A DNA stretch of 64,000 bases from a virus (Duplodnaviria > Caudoviricetes). Positions 57,701-64,000 of the stretch are shown in pieces (position 1 is the stretch's first letter; every line of letters begins with the position of its first letter). The notes under the pieces were generated by a model, which was not told the origin of the DNA, ran no database searches, and was given only the letters and a program-made list of their open reading frames with translations. A program made the position numbers and the translations under genes. The stretch lies in the IMG/VR virus record IMGVR_UViG_3300032030_000020, positions 32,001 through 96,000 of that record; one strand, given 5' to 3'.

Positions 57701-60700
57701 TTTGGACAACGCCGTCTTTGGACTCGTTGAGCATATCTTTGACGTATTCGATCGATTGAGCCCATTCCCCAAATCCGTCCGCGTCTTCCGTTGCGGCTGT
57801 CTTAAATGCTTTAACATCCAAATTGCCTTCGGCGTCAAGCATGCCTGTAAACTGTTTGTAATATGCTTCTGAATCACGGTTGTAAGTTAATCTGCCGAAA
57901 ACAGATTCATTTCTTAAGTTGCTGATGTCGGATTCTGTGAAGAAGTTTTGGTTTTGACTTCTTCCGGCCATCTCGCCGAAAATATCTTGAACGCCTTGCG
58001 TTTGATGAGATAACCATTCTTCAAAGCTCTTCTTTCTATCTGCGAACGTGTCGCCTTCAAATAATCCAGCATTCTCACTGAGCATAGTATTGATCGTGCT
58101 GACAGAACCGTTATCAATAGCGTCGATTATTTGCTGAAGCTTGTTTCTTGAATCGCGGCCCGATTTGTATCTTGAAGCATAATCACTCAAAGCAGAGGCC
58201 GTCGACGTGGGAGTAAGATTACCAAACTCATCAAACATTTTGGCTATTTGCAGTATCGCTTCCGCTGCTTTGTCATCAACGCCCTGAAGAGCAGCTGAAA
58301 GCGTCTCAAACGCAGAGCTCGTATCACTTGGATCGATATCGATATTGAGCCCATTTGCAATTGTCTGCAGAAGTGTTTGAATTTGATCTTGAATCTCTTT
58401 TTTCAGCGCTTCTTTTGCTTTGTTGTCGTTTCCGTTCATAATCTGCTTGACATCTGCTTCGTTTCTATTCGGAAGGAACGAAGCTATCGTAGAAGCATAT
58501 TCATCAGGAGATAAAGCGTAATTGTTGAACGCGTTTTCTGCTTGACTTGCAGACAACAGTTGATTTCTATATTCGTCGACCTGCGTCCTCAGGTTGTTGT
58601 TAAGCTCTTGTACTGCAAGCGCCTGTTCTTTTGCAAGCTCTTCTGGAGAAACTTCAGGATTGTTGAACATAGCCAAAACGTTTTGGCCGTGTTCGCCAAA
58701 AGATTCTGACGCAGCTTTCATTAAATCCGGGTCTGAGCCGTAAACATTTTGCCATTTTTCCTGAGTCGAAGCATATAGCAGTTGGCGTTGAGCAATGTTA
58801 ATCTCATAAGGACTCAATGGACGTGACTTGCCCACTGCCGTATTTACATAAGGCACTTGCCCAACATCTTCACCCGGCACAAAATATCCTTTTGTCAAAT
58901 TTGCATATTGTTGTGTTGCGTACTCAGATATCATGCCATCTGCAAATGGCAATAACTTACCATTTGAATCAAACGGGTTTGAAGAATACCATGTTCCGTC
59001 TGGGCCCATAAAGTAACCAAGATCATTTCTTAAATGATTAATTACTTTTTCTTGGTCTTCTGCGGGAACAAAAGTATATCCATTTTCAGCCGCTGTTTTA
59101 TTAGCTTCTTCTGTTTCTCCGGCCTGTAACATAGCAGTTAATCTTCCGGCTTCTTGTCTTCGCTGTTCAGCCCAATAATCAGTTCCTTGCTTTAAAGAAT
59201 CTCCGGGATTTGTAGCAATTGACTCCGCAGAGATACCGGCAGCTAACATTGATTCAACCTGTTCTGCATAAGTTCCATTGGTGATCTTTGCGGCGTTCTT
59301 CTGAATTTCTGAGGCTTCATTTTCTAATCTAATTTTTGCCTTAATCTCAAATTCTCCGCCCTTTTTCAAGTCTTCGATCAACTGCTTAGTACCGGACAAC
59401 ACTTCTCCTGCTTGTTCAAGAGTATCAAGACCTGTAACAGAGAGCTCTATTTCGGCCTGCTGTTTGATAAGTTGACCTTCGCCGGTGCTACGTTGGGCTT
59501 CGGTAAGATCTAAGAATTTCTTAAGAGAAGGGTATGCGCTTTCAAGCGCAGACCAATCTCCTTCGTCGAAGTCAAATGCAGCTTGCGCTCCAGTCCAATC
59601 CTTAAAATCGCCGGCGGTAAAACCAGACATAATTTGCTGAGCCATAGAGCCAACATCGGAAGACAGATATTGCTTGGTGCTGAGAGACTTCTTGATTCTT
59701 GCCTTTGTAAGCGCTTCATTTACAGCTTTCTGAGCGTCCGAACCTTCATATGTGCCACTTGTGATCGACTCAAAGACAGCAGCAAGCTGTTCCTCACCAC
59801 CGAAGAAAGACTGCATCTGCTTATAGAAAGGCTCAAGAATTTTATCTGTTGTTAATTCTTCAATGAATTCAGGTGAAGACGTGATGGTGTTCATTACCGA
59901 CTCCATAACGTCAGGCGTTTTAAACTGTCCGGGCTTGGCGTTTGCGACCGCAGACTTGAACGTATTCAAAGATTCTTTTGGGTTAACGTTTCTGCTCATA
60001 TAAGCAGCAATCATTTCTGGATTAGTTGCCATATAAGCTTGCATCGTGGCGCCAAGTTCGGTGTTATCGAGATCAGTCAAGAAACTTTGCCAGTCGTTAT
60101 AATTTTCAATCGGTTTAAGCGTTTGTGTTTGTTCGGAGTCAAATCGAGTTATCAGCTGTCTTATTTCTTTTGGTAGCTGACTTTCGTCTATGATTCCATT
60201 CTGCAGATTGTACAACAAATCCCCTTCGCCAAGGATTCTGGCAATATAATCATTTCTTTCATCTACCGTATGTCCAGAAACTACCCCTTGCTGCAGAATT
60301 CTTAATGTGTCATAAGGGTTCTTTTCGTTTGCCTTTAAACGAGCTGCGTCAAATAGACTTTCGGTTGACTGAAACACCGTCGCGTTTGTTTTATATTGTT
60401 TGATGTCAGAAAGCCTATACTTGCCATAAGAATTACGAACAAATCTTTTTGCTTCATCTTCAGCTCTAAAAGCATTATTTCCTACTTTAAACCCATAATA
60501 ATCTTCTGGGCTATATTCTTTGATTAAGTTTTCTAATCCTTGAACGTCCTCAATTTCGGGGAAAATACCAGTAATTAAATCAATTAATGCTTGCGTAGGA
60601 ACACCGTCTTCTAAATATATTCCATTTTTATCATTTAATACCGCCTTGCCGACTTTAGCTTCAATTGCTTTAGTAATGGCCTCTGCAGAAAAATCTTCCG

Positions 60701-63700
60701 TCGCATACAAGTTGATAAGGCTACTTTGATCTTGGATTGCGTCGTGAATAGTTTTTGTCGAAGCGGCCCTTCTCGCAGACAGTAATCCTGCATTGGACTG
60801 TGTGGTTACAAATTCGTCTAACCAATCTGCAGCCTGATCAAGAATTTCATCGGGTACTTGGTCGACAGATGTTTGATTATCAATGATATGTTGTCTCAGT
60901 TCTGGATATTGCTCTTGCAGCGAGCTTTGCACTTGAGCAGACCCTCGAGCAAGAATTGATAACAATGAATATTTCAGATCTTTTCTGTGCTGTGGTTTAT
61001 CTTCGAGTCTTCCGTTGGTCGTCATTAACGAATTAAGACTCGCATACACAGAAGGATCGATGTTTCCGTATTCATCTATTATCTCTGTAGGAACACCACT
61101 ATCATAAAACAGTGAATTAATCACATCTCGATGATATTTTAAGCTGCTGTTCGCATCTCCTAAGAACGATGGTTTGCTGTTCATCCTTGCAAAAACAAAT
61201 TCTGCCGCTTGGTTTAGAACAGGCATAGCTTCGTCTGAATCGTTGTTTGTACGCAAATAAGACAAAGCATCATCTAAGCCGTTTTTTGACAACAATGCTT
61301 CAACGTATTTTGTAAACGGGGCCACTTCTTTATTTCCTTTGCCAATTCTATACGCTGTTAACATCGTAAACCCAGGATCGTAAGAAAAAAGCGAAGGATC
61401 ATTTGTTCCTGCAAATGCATTATATGCAGCTAACGCATTAGATTGAGCAAGCGGATCTTCGTATATTTGTTCAAAATTCTTATTGTACGAAGATTTAAAC
61501 TTCAATTGAATCTGATCTCTAATTTTTTCGGATAATAATCCTTTATTGGTTTGAAGAAATTTGTCTGAAATCGAACTTGCTTGAAGAACAATATCTTTCC
61601 ACTTCGATAAGTCTGTTGTTGCCTTCGCTATTTCACCAGAAAGTTCAGGGAAAACAGATGCAAGATTCTGCAATGAATCTCTTAAACCGTTTTCGTTTTC
61701 TATGCTGTTTAGTTTCTTCCAAGCAACTCCTGCTTCTTCGACTTCTTTGATAACATCCAGTTGCTTTTTATGTTGATCTTGCGCAGCGTCAGACATCGCG
61801 TTGTTCTGATTAAGTTTCTTCTGCGCTTCCTTAAGCGTTTTATCATCTTCTGATAACGGATTTGCAATTTGTCCAATTACAGATGAAAGATGTAAACCAC
61901 CAACTAATGTAGCAACTGCAGTTAGTCCGCCCAAGAGCCATCCGATTGGACCGCTTCCTGTTGTGACGATTGTTGCAATTGCCGCCGTAAGTCCAAGAAT
62001 ACCAGCTGTAATAATACTTAATCCAGAGCCTATTGATCCAGCGTTTTCGGCAGCAGTAGACAACCCTTGGAACAAAGAAGAAATGCCATCGATAACTCCA
62101 GTAACAGAACCTGCTTCTACAAGGCTCGCCACTACAGAATCAAACGAAGAACGGAATGTTTCCATTGACGCAGACAGACTCTGCATCGCAATCTCGTACT
62201 TGCTTTGAGTAATGCCTTCAGAGTCTTTTGCCAGCCCCAAATATTTATCGAGCGTAGCTCCGCCATCTTCCGACATACCTTCCATCAATGTGGAGAATAC
62301 GTTAGTCTGTCGTGTACCAGCCAAAGCATTCGTAACAATAGACTTCTGAGCATCGCTTAAGTTCTGCCATACCTTAGACAGGTCAGACATAACTTCGTAA
62401 GCGGTTCTCATTTTGCCCGTTGTTTTGTCGTCCCACAGGTCTACACCTACAGCCTTTAATGCAGCTTCAGCATCGCTTGTGGTAGTCTTCTCGCCGTTTT
62501 GGTCTGCCGTATAGCCGGACAGGCTTAATCTCCGCATACGGGAGAACACGGTTTGAAGGGCTGTACCTACTTGAGTACCGCTTAACTGGGTATCGGATGT
62601 ACCAATTGTTAAGAGTGCAGTAAGTTCTTCGTAGGATACACCGGCAACCTTTGCAGATGCGGCCGCCTTTTGCATGCCTTTACCGATCTCGGCCGCGGTC
62701 GTAGCAGCAGAGTCACCCAATGCTACAAGCGCATCCATTGCTTCGGTGGCAGAGCCGACCAAGTCGTTCTGGAGAGCCGTAGTAATGATCTTCGTAGCTT
62801 CAGCAACGTTCAGTTTTGTAACGGTAGCAAACTTGATAATGGAGTCTGTACGTTCGGATACTTCCTGATCGCTCAAGCCTTGACGATAGAGTGCCGCTTC
62901 GGTTGTAGCAACGTTGGAAACGGAAGTCCGAAGTCCTAACGCTTTGTTAATTGTCTGAGAACGAACAGCTTGCATGTCTGTGTCAGACTTTAACGTGATG
63001 GCTTGGATCTCGTTCATAGAAGAGTCGAACTCTTTGACAAAGCGTTTGGTTTCTTGAAGAGCCTTTTGGAAGACTTGGCGACCAAGGCGCTGGGTAAGCG
63101 CCTGAACTGATTGACCCAATGATGCAAACACGTCTCCTGCAGTGACGCTGTGTTTGCCAAGCTGTTCCATTTCTGTGCGGGCTGCTGCTTCGGCATTCTT
63201 CAGCTCGTTCAATTTGGCTACTTCTTGATCATAACCTTCCGTGCCTTTCTTTTGCTCGACGACTCTTTCTTGATCCATGCGCATTTGTGTGGCCGTCATC
63301 AGGCGGTTCTCTTGTTGAGAAAGAGCACTTTCGTGAATAGCTAAAGCACGAGCTGCTATGCCTCGACTTCCACCGTAACGGTTACGACTAAGCTGGTCGC
63401 CCTGCCGCATAAAACGATTGTAAGAAACATCGTTGCGAATTGCTTGCATTTCTTGCTGTTCTCGAAGTGAATTATCGTATGTTTTTGCGTATGTTTCAAC
63501 TGCTTTATTTAACTGTTCTTGTGTTGCACTTGGATTTATTTTAGCGTATGTTGCACCGAAATCATAAAGAGCTTTATCACGAATTACATTTGGATCTAAA
63601 GCGGTTCCGTTCATCATGGCTTCCACTCGTTTGTTGTCAAACGAAGCACCCGAATTGATCACCCGTTCAAGTGTTGTACCTTGAATGCTTGCAAAGGAAC

Positions 63701-63998
63701 CAGCTTGTTTATCAATATCTGCTGCCCATGTTATTAAAGCTTGCTGAAGGAGCGCATCTTGAATTTTTTTCTCGCCGGTAACAGCATCTGTCTCCGTGGT
63801 AGCGTTAAGAATGTCTTGTGATTTTAGCTTTAAATTATTTATAACGCTTTCGACGCTACCTCCACTAAAAAGCTGATTAAGTCCAAAGTTTTCTTCCGTT
63901 TTATGTTTTTCTAATTCTTCTATCCATCCAACTTCGAATGATTTTCGATAATTGTCAATTTCAGCAACCCGTTTATCGTATTGAGATTCTGCTTTTTT
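48732..63998 (-). CDS. Giant tape measure protein (>5088 aa, 5' end outside the window)
   Basis: TP901-type core (GTALQTVFSR, LAGTRQ.N.F); long coiled coils; YATGG...AWVDG...PE C-terminus; frame open to the window end. Confidence 0.92.
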   Translation of the reverse strand, partial: KKAESQYDKRVAEIDNYRKSFEVGWIEELEKHKTEENFGLNQLFSGGSVESVINNLKLKSQDILNATTETDAVTGEKKIQDALLQQALITWAADIDKQAGSFASIQGTTLERVINSGASFDNKRVEAMMNGTALDPNVIRDKALYDFGATYAKINPSATQEQLNKAVETYAKTYDNSLREQQEMQAIRNDVSYNRFMRQGDQLSRNRYGGSRGIAARALAIHESALSQQENRLMTATQMRMDQERVVEQKKGTEGYDQEVAKLNELKNAEAAARTEMEQLGKHSVTAGDVFASLGQSVQALTQRLGRQVFQKALQETKRFVKEFDSSMNEIQAITLKSDTDMQAVRSQTINKALGLRTSVSNVATTEAALYRQGLSDQEVSERTDSIIKFATVTKLNVAEATKIITTALQNDLVGSATEAMDALVALGDSAATTAAEIGKGMQKAAASAKVAGVSYEELTALLTIGTSDTQLSGTQVGTALQTVFSRMRRLSLSGYTADQNGEKTTTSDAEAALKAVGVDLWDDKTTGKMRTAYEVMSDLSKVWQNLSDAQKSIVTNALAGTRQTNVFSTLMEGMSEDGGATLDKYLGLAKDSEGITQSKYEIAMQSLSASMETFRSSFDSVVASLVEAGSVTGVIDGISSLFQGLSTAAENAGSIGSGLSIITAGILGLTAAIATIVTTGSGPIGWLLGGLTAVATLVGGLHLSSVIGQIANPLSEDDKTLKEAQKKLNQNNAMSDAAQDQHKKQLDVIKEVEEAGVAWKKLNSIENENGLRDSLQNLASVFPELSGEIAKATTDLSKWKDIVLQASSISDKFLQTNKGLLSEKIRDQIQLKFKSSYNKNFEQIYEDPLAQSNALAAYNAFAGTNDPSLFSYDPGFTMLTAYRIGKGNKEVAPFTKYVEALLSKNGLDDALSYLRTNNDSDEAMPVLNQAAEFVFARMNSKPSFLGDANSSLKYHRDVINSLFYDSGVPTEIIDEYGNIDPSVYASLNSLMTTNGRLEDKPQHRKDLKYSLLSILARGSAQVQSSLQEQYPELRQHIIDNQTSVDQVPDEILDQAADWLDEFVTTQSNAGLLSARRAASTKTIHDAIQDQSSLINLYATEDFSAEAITKAIEAKVGKAVLNDKNGIYLEDGVPTQALIDLITGIFPEIEDVQGLENLIKEYSPEDYYGFKVGNNAFRAEDEAKRFVRNSYGKYRLSDIKQYKTNATVFQSTESLFDAARLKANEKNPYDTLRILQQGVVSGHTVDERNDYIARILGEGDLLYNLQNGIIDESQLPKEIRQLITRFDSEQTQTLKPIENYNDWQSFLTDLDNTELGATMQAYMATNPEMIAAYMSRNVNPKESLNTFKSAVANAKPGQFKTPDVMESVMNTITSSPEFIEELTTDKILEPFYKQMQSFFGGEEQLAAVFESITSGTYEGSDAQKAVNEALTKARIKKSLSTKQYLSSDVGSMAQQIMSGFTAGDFKDWTGAQAAFDFDEGDWSALESAYPSLKKFLDLTEAQRSTGEGQLIKQQAEIELSVTGLDTLEQAGEVLSGTKQLIEDLKKGGEFEIKAKIRLENEASEIQKNAAKITNGTYAEQVESMLAAGISAESIATNPGDSLKQGTDYWAEQRRQEAGRLTAMLQAGETEEANKTAAENGYTFVPAEDQEKVINHLRNDLGYFMGPDGTWYSSNPFDSNGKLLPFADGMISEYATQQYANLTKGYFVPGEDVGQVPYVNTAVGKSRPLSPYEINIAQRQLLYASTQEKWQNVYGSDPDLMKAASESFGEHGQNVLAMFNNPEVSPEELAKEQALAVQELNNNLRTQVDEYRNQLLSASQAENAFNNYALSPDEYASTIASFLPNRNEADVKQIMNGNDNKAKEALKKEIQDQIQTLLQTIANGLNIDIDPSDTSSAFETLSAALQGVDDKAAEAILQIAKMFDEFGNLTPTSTASALSDYASRYKSGRDSRNKLQQIIDAIDNGSVSTINTMLSENAGLFEGDTFADRKKSFEEWLSHQTQGVQDIFGEMAGRSQNQNFFTESDISNLRNESVFGRLTYNRDSEAYYKQFTGMLDAEGNLDVKAFKTAATEDADGFGEWAQSIEYVKDMLNESKDGVVQNGEALERFRVNALADALDAQNKFGDSTKRITDAMRKSKGTFEERTDLMTQYRKAIADANKYQNAMARLQGKKVSKEDESLFESLNFSKKKIEDAKKGNAEAVDEIYAALEKESQKYSTEAQDIGLGIIMSDTELQDAIQKQVQSYSDNLEDITIEGPGITVENGEVTYNGEALLSEFGSKMDEQTKQLIEEALASGGTATATVDGDGNIVNVSWSFSPNGGGGDGASGGGGGGGGGKSKAQKAIEDAKHALTELEHLQKIYDTKLKHAESVNDRVEFNSAFESQRQNYSQMAAVYRQNIEALEAQRAGMSETKDDYWSLTDAINGYKEALEELTNQIIELNKQRLDFIQQQQDVADSSQDRRKTVATAEKDYSALIEDYDTHRARVAELVNLRRESFAQNVPQLNEWRNELDRIQKEEGPNSQNAIDIMNKIADIEAEQFNLESEIIQEVRDLNALENEILQTELRRATEIPSGNSRLAQSGASLAEAQENYALQRQFLRDDNAFIEEQLAAKVAEADKFFARVNDAELKASDPDGWSEALESYISNAEEIDKLQIQLIENQRTIAESFVNEVTKGYEDATRAAKAYSESAVSIAEYFKTGEEFEKYRSSMRDAIKLTESLRESTAVQVAQLKEQLATMDEADPGYREIADALYQAEQQEIDYTKAIRDNTIAMQKNITEQIKLNAERQSIAPETYSSIAGSYGDMYKRNGQWDDYRKALQIQIDAAKQTKELDSEAAQQLYDRMTHTKGELPETGDPLREKQSRLEAERDARLAELNAQRDAEYAKLLEYQRRQNEIDKQRADLLANPPQMIVPDVEPVYEERETGEVRTVGRELTKEEAARRKTLQNQLHQLEAAMNGKGVQFDLWGTARATVRQLTAQSKQPGGENIHVPTVEDVAGSLGPALKKAQEEANKKRLSSMQEQYDKLKEQLDEIEATTKTEVAATETVNVAQVQAEEQARADYEAAMEEYNGQLETLASQESDLAASIEATNANIDSINADIDKTSSEFGSMIQYVTDEMGEAFFTEVESYMDAYQNLAELMKSDAQKAKEIFDKISEYQDITRQKVLFDINERNRAANGSINLANSYAGTYGKTSEYDLQAEAYATSYAQRATTIATLRDAANELYEEIMSHDEDNPWISEEVKDKAIKEYQNIIKQYSDEVSAAIQDRFNEEAARHTKITEDNNDTRRWIDQAMAVNQAAGAIYLNREDFENYRRLLGNNEVQLNKSIEARKKHIEALKEELDEYRDNPKLLRQTIDEINKEEIAILSDTKAIEENTKAIEANRMAQLDLATTRANLASTTNAQLANTYASMSQQAGDWEGYRGMLKAGNDANRTTYRNNKIEIDTLTQQLQNREITDPQQQSAAIQRLYQLITNNASLQATMESNERAINKSYLDETAMNVNLGTLRPNFLNDVYGQWASRYGSIGNYAAQRGALNQQLQASQQMVPVYEEAIKELKKQIAGLEEGSPEWQEATQRLYEYQAALQKLKISMEEAAEAIKKAVIDEIVKTYEDASRGPLHNIEKAGIYAGMYNSTMFYDLYQNMLETQMEDRKPVREAIQKEIESLQAELENTRGTSQYDRVVQEIYTRQNEYVRLEADDIQALIDIANSKVDSTLKARQKMIDSFDREIKVASMLSQYYSENKDSEMYTKAIERQKEAIKAKQEYEISEIDTLRELAKTTPENTDAFEKLEKQIYDSAMSVAEMDYELIKLDKQIKSMEIDEMLERMSRVDEMQNHRADMYTTVRTRYQNRDELTNVNTILASENEIQETRADTLRLFIEELEAELTTVAEGGDEYWRIASAIMKYEKELEETTNTVESNTKAMSENRKQILENRKAVEDMVDEEIRKRIQEERDMLAGTTSNQNQILEILRNSYRNRFELYERDLNKQKEALNEEKGLINERLQMRKKALEEERQTEELAELQRQLALISADSSRTKEAKELRKRIQELQQNRALSLAEDEANAQAEMLDDQIKSIDDNLDYQREKLDEYLEDANNFKETIDILLSGSFEDLMEWVKVNDETYKNSLDATRMEMTNSWEDTWKQMKGIVDTYFEQINEIMQSADSLLGYMTESTEYKNLSESGQELYIQNILDAYEKMRKGELDNADYEHFDDFVFRRILEELPEWWIDLLNNKVEGGSKIVPSTFEHDPNIAPNTFSDGSPYLGLTDNSLWMEAVTQFVENNTSATTGFIDSLKNAKDSKLYGEILGSQSTIESKTAERDKLLASVAGMDKGTEDYITTTNEINELGFQIEKETARKQALNEMFIEELTTQVNDSFANTSQAINLMKDIATDSLNDLTIAIGEEGTKEFENTLASLQENRTTLENFVNTLDADTKATVMNLYDNMTSNLDTESEMLNDMSTAVGERTGELAENVSNTASQASREISDTSKLLAGDLETITGNAAFDLNDNIDRKLVEEYKIEEAEKKTIDDASKQYSTDSQSLTTALGELKDKIEGIWGAEGTQTTAIEGLTGAEKDLTSLLNEFVKPGGTMDTYAKEINEYAALVSGYSGNVDTYLSAVSGYSGNVDTYLSAVSGYSGKIDTYLSAVTGVTVSMKNEISNFERYVDKKLTDVDAALKAGSMESFINGMYNTLLGRDADATGMSTWLNLGDKNKIVEGILGSDEFNSLHPEGADAFLSANGLTIAGLTGSATGSSTTTSGSSGKTSGSKSAAGKAKTNSNTGTATGMMYSYAWGAVWDPAANKYIAQPVDPSSPLAMSQDDARALAQAVNGEKVDAKNSFGKDNPTWTQQQIEGYQRMGKEEYTNTKNKFKAGESVTNDYAFVAYMHDNGDVEYSDNRNANSNLSKTIGKLTDYAIGSAQDLENLESVLNQKGVGVGDITHVGDGGTVTADTSKTYNVKNHNTGQTERLTIEKKYATGGLVDFTGPAWVDGTKIKPEAFLDSVDTKLIQSLTDTLRYVYVASPLMPPSDLIGNNSNTIGDVHVTINQAELKSDADFEDVARRVGQVFTKELTKQGFNLSNYAS
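50041..50168. repeat. 3 x 42-bp in-frame tandem repeat in TMP
   Basis: ACCGCAGAAAGATATGTGTCTACATTTCCAGAATAACCCGAA unit, encoding SGYSGNVDTYLSAV. Confidence 0.95.
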
Positions 63999-64000
63999 AG

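Noticed and set aside
24500-63344. Plus-strand ORFs in the late arm (e.g. 30008-30763, 33712-34374, 54024-54944) and minus-strand ORFs in the early arm
   Set aside because: They are antisense shadows of well-supported genes, with no recognisable motifs
1-64000. Stop-codon reassignment
   Set aside because: Long genes are intact under the standard code, and TAA, TGA and TAG all appear as plausible gene ends

Overview
This is a 64-kb internal segment of a large tailed (siphovirus-type) phage genome, most likely infecting Clostridia/Bacillota; I recognised no host housekeeping genes. Two arms converge at back-to-back terminators near 24.35 kb. The plus arm (1-24332) carries replication, nucleotide-metabolism and accessory genes: a Cas4-like nuclease, DnaE polymerase, RuvC-like resolvase, dUTPase, ThyX, NinB-like, HU and Lar-like proteins, an xis-int pair with a probable intact attP, RemA- and FlbD-like host regulator homologues, three apparent pseudoenzymes and many small ORFs. 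The minus arm (24390-64000) carries a tape measure protein of more than 5088 aa (open at the window end), Dit, Tal, a large set of fibre/adaptor proteins, a spore-coat-like gene cluster split by a fibre-LRR-glycosyltransferase-beta-helix cassette, and a two-hydrolase lysis module. The best candidate for a novel system is a set of six late proteins carrying complementary N-terminal (F/Y)L(D/N)xxG(L/V) and C-terminal (I/L)(T/S)xxE(I/L)D motifs in initiator/extender/terminator combinations, suggesting a daisy-chain fibre assembly code. All family assignments are from motif recognition by eye; no searches were run.
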